64,000 bases of DNA, taken from contig CM060731.1 of NCBI GenBank assembly GCA_030704615.1, positions 33,728,001 to 33,792,000 on the forward strand, in the 5' to 3' direction. Shown here one piece after another: positions 49,639-62,615 of this stretch; position 1 is the stretch's first letter, and each line of letters starts with the position of its first letter. The notes beneath the pieces are model-generated. The model did no database searches and was not told the DNA's origin. It saw only the letters and a program-made list of their open reading frames with translations. The position numbers and the translations under genes are program-made. The stretch is from Takakia lepidozioides (taxonomy: Eukaryota; Plantae; Bryophyta).

Positions 49639-50480
49639 TGTCGAGTGGCTTTTACTCACCCATCCCTTCGCTATCCGAGATGGAAACTCCAAGATAGAAG
49701 AGTTGGATATCTCTAAGCACTCAGCCCGCTCAGAACAATCAGTCATGACCTGCAGCTAGTGAATCATGGTTGTGCTTCCTATTTGTATTCCTTCTTGCCT
49801 TCATGTTATCAATTTACCTTACCGTGTATACTGAAGCATCAGATTGCTTCAGTATCTACTTAAGTTCCAATTAATCATGCATTCATTCCACAGCTTCTCT
49901 CGTGTCTCTCTACACAGTAGGTTTGCATCGATTCAGTATCGGATTAGGATTAATCATGTATCATGCCTATGCCATGGTGTCTCTAATCTACCCTATTGTA
50001 TAATTCTACAGCTTGCATGAATTAAGCCTCAATCAAGTCATCATCTCCCCTTCACTATTTCCGATCTCCGTTACGTCTCCTCCTCAAGAAGTGATCCTCC
50101 AGAAGCCCCCTTCCTATTGCCGCCCTGCCTAATCTACCCGCAAGCTGTTCTAACCACCTAACTAACTAACCGTCACCCCTGAAGTAACACGTTCCCTCTG
50201 CAGATGTCGTTCCCACACAGTCGTTCCTTGTCAATGATAACTGTTCCTTATGTACTGTGATAGGCTGTGTCAAGCTGTGCCGAGCTGTGACTGGCTGTGC
50301 GAAGCTGTGTCGGGCTGTGACTGGATGTGTGAAGCTGTGTCGGGCTGTGACTGGCTGTCTAACCCCCCTAAAGCCTGCGCCTGCCACCCCTAAGGCTCCT
50401 GTTGGTCTCCGTCTACGCAAAAATTAAGGGTACCCCACAGAACCCGTAAAAGTGTCTAAGTCCCAAGCAGCCCTCTAACA
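49639..50480 (-). mobile_element. 3' LTR (842 bp) of a second Athila/Tat-like copy
   Basis: Minus strand TGTTAGAG...CTCGACA, PPT at 50481-50497, colinear with 24148-25128 but with fewer internal repeats. Confidence 0.88.
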
Positions 50481-50518
50481 TTACCCCTCCCCCTCTCAAA
50501 AAGCCGTGTCCTCACGGT

Positions 50519-52577
50519 TTACTGTTTGGGATCAGCAAACCTTTGTGAGCGAGCACCCTTCTGTCGGTGAGAGTCTCGTGAAGGACTGCGTGTGCATGCC
50601 CGAGTCTTGTCACTGGCTGATGGAGATGATTGAGCACTACGTGGAAATGTTTGACCCTCCTTTGGCTGATAAGGAGGTAACCTCTCAGGCATAGGAGATC
50701 CCCGTCGTTTTTTATCCGCCATTGCTAATTCATACTCATCCGCCATGTCAAAATCGCCCTCCACTGAATCAGTAGTATCAGAATCATCATTACCCCTGCG
50801 GCCTTTCGGTGGTCTGATCTTCTTGGGCGTCTCAGGAATCCTACGTGGCATACAGTGTTGGCCCACCATGTCTGGAAGTTTAAACTTTACGACTTGTTGT
50901 AAGCGCATGCAAGCAAAATGAGTGTACTCCCTGAATTCTTTGTCCGTATAGGTGAGAGGTGTGCCAATGACCTTAGAACAGTGTAAGTATTTCCAGGCTT
51001 CCTGTCCCTTATAAAAAATATCGTCAGGGCCCAATTTTTCTTTGGCCAAGTTGTTCCAAGCCAAATTAAACCATGAACGAAGTTGGGAATCCTTCTGCAA
51101 CATGACTTTTGCATCATATAGGTACATATGAGGTGGAACTGAAGGTAAGACCCAATGATCCCCACTGGAATAACTCAGAAATTGTGATTGCATCTTCTGC
51201 TGCTCAATGTGATAACGTGCCATAAAACAAGCAGCATAGTATAATCCACAGCCCGTGACAATACTAGATACCTCCTTGGTCTTGGTATAGATGTACCCAT
51301 GTACAACCTGGAAGGCAATTAATTCCTTCAGCATGGTACCTGCCTCAGATCAGTACCTTGCAAAGTGATGATCCTCAATGGGTCGATTGTTCAGAAGAAC
51401 CTTAGTCCGAGTTGCCACTGGCAACCAAATGCGCATGATCTGGTAGTAGTGTGCCAACGACTGCGGAGGACTAAATTCCTTCCAAGCCAAATCCAACACA
51501 ATGGGAATTTGATTGAAGGGCATAATCATAGCCCGACTGTACTCCCGTGCAGTAGGTAAGTGGGTTAAAAGCAACATCCCCCCATACCTCAGGTTGTGGT
51601 TTGTCTGTAGTAGTAATAGGGTCAGCTACCTGCACAGGCACCTACTGTGGTATTGGTACCACTGGCCCTTCTACCACTGGCATCTCCTGCACCCCCTGTG
51701 AAGAAGATTGAAAAATTAGAGTCCTGGCCTGTAAATAAGTAGCCATCAGCTGCTCCTCAGGAACCAAGACTCTCTTGTCAATATTTGAACTCAGGTCATC
51801 CACTTGAGTCTGCAGGCCTTCCACATCCTCCTGTAGCTCCGCTATCCTACTATAGACATTGTCTATAGTAATTGTGGCAATGTTCTGCACCTGCAATCTG
51901 AGCTCATTCATCTCGCCCTGGGTGAGCTTCATTGGTGCTTTGCCTTCTACCGGCCCTTGTGTTAACCAGACCTGCATAAGGTGGTTATCCACCAAGTCCT
52001 GTGTGGCACCCCTGAAAGTCTGCTCCTCCGTGAGTGTGTACACATCTAACTGCTGTTGTAAAGCCTCCATGCGCTTCGCATGAGGTTCAACTAGGCCCGC
52101 ATAGGTAGCAGCCAGATTATTGGCTTCCTTGTAAGCCTTGTTAGCCACAGAGAATTTATTTCTATTGACCATGACTATTTGTTGCAACTCCAGGATATAC
52201 CTCTCATGGTCAGCCTCAACCTGTCTGTATTGTTTGAAAGTATTCTCATTGCGACAGATTGTATCCTTCATATCAACAATGAGTTTCCTTTGCTCTATTA
52301 TCTCAGCTTCTGCCCTCATACATCTCTCCCCTTGTCTGTTAACTTCTAATGCAGTTTGCTCTAGAACAATTGTGAGTGTAGCACATTGTATGGTCATCTT
52401 CTGATGTACTGCCTCCAACTCTGTATGTAGTACATTCACCTCTTGCAACTTGCCCTCATGCTTCACCTGCAATTGGTATAACTGTTGCTTATGTGCTTCA
52501 TGCAACTGGTCCTGCTCGAGACCTGCTTCAATCAAATGTCCCTTAGCCAACTGCAATGCAGCCTTTGTGTCCTCCAA
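50519..52577 (-). pseudogene. Second copy of the extra ORF (C-terminal ~700 aa), disrupted, cut by the gap
   Basis: Colinear with 25168-27230 (WLTQGPVEGKAP, AREYSRAMIMPFNQIP, GDHWVLPSVPPHMYLYD). Confidence 0.9.
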
Positions 52578-53077
52578 NNNNNNNNNNNNNNNNNNNNNNN
52601 NNNNNNNNNNNNNNNNNNNNNNNNNNNNNNNNNNNNNNNNNNNNNNNNNNNNNNNNNNNNNNNNNNNNNNNNNNNNNNNNNNNNNNNNNNNNNNNNNNNN
52701 NNNNNNNNNNNNNNNNNNNNNNNNNNNNNNNNNNNNNNNNNNNNNNNNNNNNNNNNNNNNNNNNNNNNNNNNNNNNNNNNNNNNNNNNNNNNNNNNNNNN
52801 NNNNNNNNNNNNNNNNNNNNNNNNNNNNNNNNNNNNNNNNNNNNNNNNNNNNNNNNNNNNNNNNNNNNNNNNNNNNNNNNNNNNNNNNNNNNNNNNNNNN
52901 NNNNNNNNNNNNNNNNNNNNNNNNNNNNNNNNNNNNNNNNNNNNNNNNNNNNNNNNNNNNNNNNNNNNNNNNNNNNNNNNNNNNNNNNNNNNNNNNNNNN
53001 NNNNNNNNNNNNNNNNNNNNNNNNNNNNNNNNNNNNNNNNNNNNNNNNNNNNNNNNNNNNNNNNNNNNNNNNNNNNN
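52578..53077. other. Assembly gap (500 N)
   Basis: Run of N. Confidence 1.
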
Positions 53078-53335
53078 CAAGGGGCACGGGTGAAGTGTAT
53101 CAAATCTGCAGCCAGGGAGTGTGTAAACAACCAACTCACCTAATTATAAGTGCCTGTCGATCAAATTCATTGGCAAGAAAACTATCATGCACAGTTCGAG
53201 TGGTCTTTGATTCAGAGAGGTCGGCTCACCACCTGCAATCGGTGGGTGTTCAAAGAGGCCGGCTCACCACTTGCAACATACTTGTGCCACCACCTGCCAC
53301 ATATCAGAGTTATCACAACGTGTGTCACAACTTAG

Positions 53336-55332
53336 CATTGATGAGCCTAGGCCGACACTTGTGGATCTTCTTACATTACCAAGCCTCCCGCCACCTCGTA
53401 TTATAGAAGTTCGAGGGCAGACTATTGCATCGCAAGCGTGCATCACTGGCCCGGAGCATGAGGAGTATTTGAGAGAGCAACGGTTGTAGAAGGAAGCAAA
53501 GGTCTTAGCTGGCCAACAACCCAAACTTGATATAGAGGAAAGGAAGAAAAAAAGGCTTGAGAAATTGGAAGTTGGCCGCCTCCAGAGGGCCAAAGACAAA
53601 GAACAAAAGCAAGCTGAATGTCATAAAAGGCAAGAAGAACTGCAGGCAACAGAAAGAGATTGCCAAAGCAATTCGTGAGAGGATAAGGGCGGAGAAAGAA
53701 GCAGCACGGAAGAGCATCGTCTGGGCGGACTCGACGCAAAGGTAAGGAGGTAAGTGCTCCTCAAGACAATGACTGTGACGAAGACTCCATCAACAGAAGA
53801 TATAGGCAAGCAGTGAAAGAATCGTGGAACAAGATTTACCTCCACCTTTGCTGCCTCCAGGTACCTAAGGAGTTTATGTTACAATGGTGTTATTGAACAC
53901 CACATACCTCAGAAATGTGTTGGTCCAAGAGAGACTCTGGTGGATTTTCAATGTTGTCATTAAAAGGGCTCTCATGGGTTGATTCTTTGTCAGACCCCGA
54001 GTCTTCATGATGCCCTGAACTTGAGGTTGAACCCCTGTCAAGGTCATTTGAGTCAAATATTGTACTTGGGGCCCATATGAGAGTCAAGAGCATGTGGATC
54101 TAATGGAAATATCCCTGTTTTGCGGAACCCTGCTTTAATGTTCCATAGTGCAAGCTGCCTCTAGGGCCTGAGATGCCAAAGTTGCCAATGCCACCTTATT
54201 GCCATTGCCATTCAACCACTTTGGGTTCGCTGCAATCATCTCTTCCCGCAGCTGGCCGAACCTTAGCTTGAATGCTCGGAAGACTGCCACATCCAATAGT
54301 TGAAGCCTATGTGAAGTGTGAGGGGTGTAGTAGGGCCACTTGTAAACCTTATCTCGCGCAATTTTCACAGCCTCCTCTGTGAGATGGCTTCCATGGCCAT
54401 CCAACAGGAGAAAAATTTGTGGGTTGTCAGGACTTACTCCTCTAGGCACGGACTGCTGAAAGTGCTTTAACCACTCAATGAAACAGGTCATTATTCATCC
54501 ACCCACTTGGCTACACACTCATTCTTGCCCCTGCTTGCTTCGCAGTTGATGATATAGTTATCACGAATTGAATTTCCAGAAGAAGAAAAAAATGTATTGA
54601 GATGGTATCCGTTGTCCACTTGCGTTGATGCAAACTACAACTGTCAGCCATTCTCGATTACCAGAACTCCTAGTCAAAACTGCCTTGCTTCCTTTCCTTG
54701 CAATGATTTTGGCTCTACCAATCTTTATGTTTGCTGAAAGTCCTGTTTCGTCGACATTCCACACATGAGATGGTAAGAACTTGGACCTGGCATATGTTTC
54801 ACCAATGAACTTGTAGAAGGTACTACATCACTTTGGACTCACATTCTTTGCTCTCTTAACATCGAGTCATTGTGGAGTCCGCAAAACAAGGTGTGGGTGC
54901 CTCAATTGGAAAAACCTCCACCACTTATTCCCGGGCATCCAGCTTTGAAAGGTGTGGAACGACCTTCACAAATTTGCTTGACTTTGCTTTTTAACATCTG
55001 CAAAGATACACAATGGGCTACAACTTGCATATCCTCACACCATTTCACCAGTGCACTTTCATCTGGTCTCAAAGCAGTGGGTGGGCCAAGTTTCCTGGAT
55101 GTCACCTTCTTTGTTTTCCAGCTGTGGATGGTAGATTCAGGAATGTTGTACAATCTTGCAGCTGCGCGCGAAGGCCCATTTGCCCTGACTGAATGCTTTC
55201 GAGAGCTTCTTTCATTGATTCTTCTGTCCACTTGCCACGCTCCTTACATTTTCGTTCGAATCTCGGGGCAGGTGTCATGACACGATGAACTCTCTTCCCC
55301 CACAGAGAAGACCCCTTGCACGCTTTCACCAT
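53336..55332 (-). pseudogene. Second pogo-like transposase, decayed; C-terminal part (53336-53860) on the opposite strand
   Basis: KWTEESMKEAL, AARLYNIPESTI, WNVDETG, REWLTVVVCINASG, LLLDGHGSH, HTSHRLQLLD. Confidence 0.88.
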
Positions 55333-55443
55333 TTTGTGCTACCTTATTCACCCTATTCTCCCTTAGCACATGTACACCTAGAAACAGAGTGGATACATCT
55401 CCCTTGTCACACGTCAAACAATTGGCAAGCAGATCCACCCTGT

Positions 55444-55669
55444 ATTTTGCTTCAGCTTCAGAAGGACCTGCCGCATGCGGCCTAAATCATAGGTTTTCCA
55501 AGCTTGGGACCCTTGTTGGCCTCCACACCAATTTTTCTGTCCTTAGATCTTTGCCGCGACCCTTCACCTATAGCAATCCTGACAGTTCATTGGGAAGCAG
55601 TTGTGCCATTGCCTTCCAGTATGCCTTGTCTGTACTTTTGTGGAAGTTCTCTTGATTTGCTGGAAAAAC
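55444..55669 (-). pseudogene. CLC: Clathrin light chain exon fragment
   Basis: cag|VF.ANQENFHKSTDKAYWKAMAQLLPNE...GPKLGKP/GRMRQVLLKLKQN matches plant CLC (ANQEKFHKEADK.YWKAIAELIP.E...GPKPGKPTDLSRMRQ.L.KLK). Confidence 0.85.
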
Positions 55670-58299
55670 CTGCCCAATAGACAACATGGCCCTTATGTTC
55701 AGTGCACGTATGTGCATTGTACTTAGATATGTAAATCTCTACGTAAAATATAGACCCACATATGTAATAGTTTGTACATGTGTGTCAGTGAATTTGACCA
55801 CATTCCTGCACTCAACGATCTTGCTTCCGTCCCATAATACATGTTGATCCTTCAATGACAGAGACCGGATATAGACATTCATCCTTCAGATTTGATTATT
55901 TGGGAATATCAGTGGATTACTGCCACACAATTTCAAAGAATCTGTCAAACTCTTACATTATTCAATCAGAAAAGTGATCCGCATTGAGAAAAAACAGTAT
56001 ACCCTTGAAAAGGAGCTAACCACAATGAGTACTTACTTCGGGTCTAATAGGAAGTTCAAACAGATGTGGGAATCCTGAACTGCTTCACCACCTGTACTCA
56101 GATTTGATACGGCCCCCATCAAAACCACTTATGAGATAAAAAATCCGGCCCTCTTACACCAACGAGCTAACTTGCAGAATTCAACATGAAAATTTAGGGA
56201 CAACTCTGATAATAGGAAAAATAGGCTGAAATGTGTTGAAGAAGGTGCCTTCATTAGCAGTGCCTTGTTCTATCAATTGTGATGCTGCCGCTGCTGTTTT
56301 CAGTTGACCATTCGTGGCTACATCCTCATTGTCGCTCCATTGTTGTAGATGTAAGGTTCACGATTTTGAGTATGAGACAGATTCCATAACCGCATTGACC
56401 TATTTCATGGATATTTTGTGGAAAATGTGATGACAATTATTTTTATGAAGATCTGATGGAGACCTTGTCTGTAATTGCTCTGCCAGATCGATGGAGTTCA
56501 CGCCATGGCAATGCCCGATCTCGTGACAATCAGCTGTGGGGAGCAGAGGCGGGAAGCAAGAAGCATGAAGCGCGTGGATGAATGCATGGAAGTGACAGGT
56601 AGAAAGTGGATGGAATGTTCTGGATGATAACGTATAACATTCATCCAAACTGCGCAATCAGGTGCACAATATTGGGAACATTGTTGCGAACCGCGCATTA
56701 TTAGGACCATTTACCATACCAATGCGTTTATGATCAGGTAGGGCTATACAAACCACCGTGGTCTGCATATTCTTGTCCAAACTCCTCCCTGTGAGCATCT
56801 CATTTCTGACAGCAGGAAGTTACCCTTAGGATGCAGAGTTCGTCAAAAGCTCGTTTGATCATACGAAAGAGTATGCCCCCCATTACGCTGCCACGTACAT
56901 CATCATAATATGATGTGTTACTGGCTTACTTGGGGCAAAAAGTAAGTCAGTATGTTGCCCTATAATCATAACATGATATGTTACAGATTAAACAAGGGCG
57001 ACTTGCATAAATCATCATTGTTTCACACCACTAGTGCTGGCATGATGCCACAGAGGGCTTCACCTGCCATGCCAGTGGTCCAAGGGTCGAAACCCAATGG
57101 TGTAAGTGGTATTCGGTTACACCTCAAGGAACACAAAATATAGTGAACAATTGTAGAGGATCATATCAGATATTTATCTGGCTTTAGATTAAATAAAATT
57201 TAACTGGTCCAAGGATCAAACTTCCAAGAGACCAAAATTAGGGGCAATGAGAAAAATAATTGGATAAAGAGTACCCCTTGTTATCCTGATTAAACTTTAT
57301 TTTTTCAAAACATTTTTGTAATCATGAATCCCTGTTCCCTGCAGACGGTTCAACAAGGAAGCTAAGAAGGAGACGAAGTGGGCCGGAGCGGATCCGGGTC
57401 TGAACGTCTGAACGCTCATTTTGATTGGGAACAGAGAACATGTTCCCATCCTAAACCATTTTGTCTGTCAATTAGGTCTATGTCAAACCCGTACAAGAGA
57501 TGTTGGGAGAAGACAAGTCTGCAAGGGAAAGAGGAGAGAAGAGGGGAGGAGGGACGGCAGCAGGGCCAGAGAGTGAGACCTACCGCAGGCCAATGTGAAG
57601 AGAAATTGTGAAAGGGAAGCTTGCGGAGCTCGCCCATGCGCACTGGGAGGAGAGAAGGATATTCCTGTGAATATTCTTGCCTTCTCTGAAAGTGCCAAGA
57701 TCTTCATCCACTTTCTTTCCGCAACGTACGTCTCTCTGTTTTGTAAAATATCTTCCCGCTCAATTTCTGACTCGCATTGTGTCCTGCCCACAATCTCTAC
57801 TGTGGCTCTGTTTTTCTGTCTCTGTATGTGGGCTTCTTTCGTTCTTTCTTCCACAACTAGATATGAATCATAGAATGCATCAAAGGATGCTTGCTGTTCT
57901 TACCACCATCCCTGCGGATTAATGCACACTGTTTCCTTTCTCCATGCTGAGTTGACCTGATGTGTAGAGGTAGGCAAAAGACACTTCTGAAATGGAATTT
58001 GCATTGTTGTTGTCTTGGTTTTGTGTAGAGTATGATTGTGGCATACGTTGACATACATATCTTTTTAGGTACTTTGATAGTTAGTGTCCTCCCTATGATT
58101 GTCAGCCACTGAGGAGATGAAACTCTCCCAAGAATCCACACCTCTTTTGACTTCATTTCTTGCACTGCCAGTCTTGGAGCGAATAGACCAAGTGAGGGAG
58201 AACCTCTTGCAAGGCCTGGACATATGCAGCCTTGACCTCTTCATTTTGGAAATTTTTGTATGTGCCACTTCCAAATCAAACATTTCACAGATCTTTTGG

Positions 58300-58850
58300 T
58301 GTTGGGGAAACACCTTTTGATCTTAGTCCAAACCAAGACGTGGTCAGAGGTACTAATATCAGTTCTGTCAATCAACACACTGGCACTGTGGGGAAACAAA
58401 CTCTTGTCCACTATGATACCTGTTCTGTTCGTAATATCAAATCATGCCGTAATGGTTTATCATGGGTACCACGGTATCCCTTAAGCTTGGTAATCCACAA
58501 TGGATGGTTCCTCAGTTTGGGCTTTCAGCTCAAAATGGGTATTGAAATGATGAAGCTCCAAAAATATATTACAGTTTGGTAGGTCCATAAAATTGAGGAT
58601 AGATGGGTAGATTCCCTTGTGATGTGTATGGAACTCAGCTTGTCAGCTTAAATGGGCATAAAGAACAGCTTGGTGGTTTTACAGGTCCAGTGCATTAGGT
58701 CTCCTTTTGACCTATTATTCAAGGTTGAAAGTTAAAGTTCTTTGGGACAGTTTATCTGACCGTCTTCCATTAGAAATTCAGTTCATCCTCACCAAAAGGC
58801 CCAATGGTGGGGCATTGAAGTCACCCAATAAGACCACCTCACCTTTGACA
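58300..58850 (-). pseudogene. LINE apurinic-like endonuclease fragment
   Basis: GEVVLLGDFNA...GPFGEDELN.NG and IIVDKSL...DISTSDHVLVW. Confidence 0.7.
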
Positions 58851-58951
58851 AGGAAATTAGCACAGTTCAGCTGGCAATTTGATTGAGAGTAGGGGTCTAT
58901 GTTCAATCACCACTTCTACTTTCCATATTGACATGTGTAAGCAACTGCAGG

Positions 58952-59739
58952 ATGATGGCGGCCATGCGGGAGATTTCAGTGCGCTTTCATGCTTTGGGTT
59001 TGCGAAGATTGGTGCCATCTAGGTTGTTCAGCTCCGAGGATGTACCATTCGAGTCTCTGTACAAGAAGGTTGAGGAACTCACTGCTGAGGTCTCAGAGCT
59101 GAAGAGTAAGGCGGATTTGAGGGCTGCTGAGGTCTCTCGGAGAGGGCTGCTGAGAGAGCTGCGGATTTGAGGGCTGCTGAGGTCTCAGAGCTGAAGATTG
59201 AATTGAAGAGGACGGTGTTGGTGGATAGGATGTTGCCGGTTTATTCTACGATCTTGACGCGTTCCGCCTTGGGTGAGTGCGCCGCAACAATTGAAATTTA
59301 TTGAAGTTTTTGTTATGTCTAATTTTGAACTCCACTTGTATTAATATTTACGAATTGTGTTTCCAAATGCCCAGAGCATTGGGCGGAGAAATCGGTGGCA
59401 AGTGGGCGAATATCACACCACGGATCCGCTACAGCCAATATCCGTGAGCTCACTGTGGGCGATCAGGAGTTCATGAGGACCCTTAGAATTGCGCTTAAAG
59501 TAAGACGCGTTCATAAGGACCAGCGGCGTCAAATATTCAGAGAGCTTCATGATGTGTACAAACTACTCTCGTACAACATCCACTACCATTATGATGAGTC
59601 CATAGTAGTAGATGTACGCCTGGGGTCACCTTTCACCTTTCACCAAGCCTTCGTGGTCTGCGCGATTTTTGACCGCGCAAAGATCAGATACCAGTTCTAC
59701 TCCGAGAAGGGAGAGCCAACTGCGTCTCCCACTGAGTGA
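58952..59739 (+). pseudogene. Spliced gene for a ~211-aa protein (transit-peptide-like N-terminus, coiled coil, HEPN-like domain), frameshifted by a 50-bp duplication
   Basis: Exons 58952-59272 and 59375-59739 (GTGAGT...CCAG, phase 1). Removing 59111-59160 gives one open frame. Confidence 0.6.
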
Positions 59740-62615
59740 GTCAACATTTTATTTGCTTCTATACATATTTGCACAATATTGATATGTGATTGTGATTGTT
59801 TTGCAGAAGATGATGGTCGTGGTGCGGACTTATGGTCGAAATTTCCAGTGGATAAGGAGAACAAGAGCAAGAGGAGATGTTGAAGAATATTTCTAACACT
59901 TATTGTTGTTTCTAAGTTATGTGTTTTGGTATTTTATATGTATTTGCAGGCACAGATGGAGTACTTGAAGGGCGCAGGACCTGTCTCATTTTGTGGTTAT
60001 GTCAGAAATTTTGTACAGAACTGCTTTGTTTCAGCCAAGATAGTCTGAGAATATAGTGTAGATTCATGTCTGAATTCTTGAAACTAAATATTTTTGACAT
60101 GACTGGTTTGATGCAACGCAAATTTATTTGAGTATGTATTGTGAAATCATGTTTGAATATATTTGAGTAGTCCACTTTGTCCCCTGAAATGGGGGACTTT
60201 TGGTGAAGAGTGGAGTGGTCTGGAATGTGTAAAGCATAATTTTTGAATGACGGTTTTAGTAACGCACTTGATCCCACAGTTGCAGAGTGGAAAGTAGACA
60301 AATGCCAGACTAGTAGATGTGAAATAGGTAAATAGAGTGGAGAGGTTGGGGGGAGTGTATGAACAAGTGAGGGCACTGAAACAGGAGCTGAGGGAACTGA
60401 CCCCAGTAGGGGGGGGAAGGGGTGTAATTCCCATAGCAGGTACTTTGCACATATGTGTGAGACCAGCAAGCCCCTGCCATCACATCAAGCCGTTGGCTCC
60501 TTTTGTCCCGGTACTTGCTGCACAATGGAATATGGATTGCATGTACATTGTACGGCCCCAGCAAAAAGCCAGCAGGCTTTGGCAAGCACTGCTCTGGTCC
60601 ACGTATGCTGCCTGGTAGTGGAGTGATTTGTCCATTGGGGTGCACAGCAGGGGAGAAATGTATATAACAGAGATTGATGTTGGAGATACATGGCTGCATC
60701 CGGCCTATGCCCTGGCATCTGGTCCACACTGTAATTGGGGCAGGTTGGTCAAGCCCATGAGGAGACAGAGAACTGGAAGTGGAGATGCAAGTTGCTCAGC
60801 AAGGGGGCTGGGGTTGGAAGCATGTCGAACTACTAGACATGCTGCACAGGACCAGCAAAAATCCAGCAAGCCTCCTCAAGCACTCCTGTGGTCCATCTGT
60901 GCTCCCACCCAAACTACACCCTAAACTGCCCGCCTACACCAAAGCCTAAACTGCCCCTAATTCATGTTAGAGCTGAATGAGAGGTCTTCGAGAAAAAATC
61001 AGCTGGAACAGTAATCCAACGCTGCTCACTGTCCTTGTGCCCAGCCACGTGCCATGGGTCCATTTACGTAGCACCAGCAGGGGGAGGGGAGGGGAGGGGA
61101 GAAGCAATGCGAGATGGAGAGACGCCACAACTTAGTTGCAAATAGCCTGCACCCCCTGTCATGTACATTGCTGGTCCAGAATTGATGCTTGAGTGAGTGC
61201 GAGTCATTTGGGGTGCTCATTCGTAGTAGGCAGAGAGAGTGCTACTGTAAGGTAGGGGTTGATGCATGCTGCTGTCTTACGCGGGTCTTCTTGTACTGCA
61301 AGGCAGTGAAGTTGATGTGAGTCTGTGGCTCGTGAGTACATTTTGTAGGTGTCGCAATCAACGACCAAGCTCTTGTATGCCCTGCTCTGCTCCTCTTGTG
61401 CTGAATGTTGGTGAAGTGAAGCTGTGGTTCCGATATGGTGAAAGTGAGCATTATTAGGACCATTTACCGTAGTGCGCTTCCATGATGCCTTGTCAAAGTC
61501 TTTTTGCCCTTGCAAGTGGCCCCTGGACGTGCTGTGTTACATTCCCGACAGACCAAGCCTTAGTCACAATCTGGGAGGGCGTGAAGATCATCCCTGAACT
61601 ACAAGTGACTTGGCACTGACAGGATACAAGGGCTCGATCATGATCTGACAGCAATGATCTCTGTACTACAAGCAATTCCGCAGGAATACTTTACAGGAAC
61701 AATCCTGGAGGTTAAGCAGATTTCTTTCACAAAAATTGGGAATCCCTTACTTGATCTCTTCAGGGGGTGTCTCAATATTCTTTGTGGAAGAGATTGGGGA
61801 CCTTGCCTATGTGTTACAAGAGGCTGGTATCTCGATTGTGCAACCTGTATGGCGAAGGATGAATGCTGACAATCTTTGATTACTTCTCGAGTGCCCTGCA
61901 AGATGCTAAAGTGTTGTCAGGGATTTTACGCTTTGATGATGAGCAGCAGTGGAGATCCTTTTGGCATCCTTACCCGAAGGAGTGATTACCTGATTGCTTT
62001 AGGGAAGGCTTCCATGTCATGGCGGCTTCTAGAGTGGATGTGTAAAATACCACTTAATGGAAGTGAAGGCAGACAAGGTATTTATGCAGATCACGACGAA
62101 AGGGATGGTGGTTATTGTCATCTTGACAGTCGGTAAAGATACGGCTTTCTGTTTGAACCAGACACAGCCCCGTGATTTTTTCCTGGATTTCTTGATCTCC
62201 TGCAGGGGCCAAGTGGTCTTTTCATCCCTGGAATTTGTTGGTTATGTCCCAGTAGAATAACTGGAAGCAGGCTTTCTGGCCTTGCTGATGGACTAACCTT
62301 ACACTTCTATGATTATATATCAGGGACTCTTGTACCATTCTGGTACAGTGAGAATCTTATCAAAATGACTCCAGGAAAGATTATCTGGGACAGGGGATGT
62401 TTCAGCGTCTTTTGTGAAACTGGATTGAAACCCTGGATCTGTTACGAGGAGCGACGGATTATGTAGATAATACAGGCCGAGATGCTCGGGCAGATGTCGA
62501 GATACTCTCTGCGGGGTGCTATCATACTGCGTTGAATTTGCAGAAAGGCAATGCCACGATCCAGCAAATGGATCATGACCTGATAGCAGCAGATCCCGTG
62601 ATGATGAATATGCAG

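Noticed and set aside
52450-53406. Long ORFs spanning the N run
   Set aside because: Artefacts of the assembly gap
53078-57280. CAAGGGG / CCCCTTG as TIRs of pogo 2
   Set aside because: Match too short, one end abuts the gap, and there is no TA TSD
61204-61515. Pif1/Helitron helicase C-terminal motif
   Set aside because: Resemblance (QSRAYKSLVVDC) too weak without other helicase motifs
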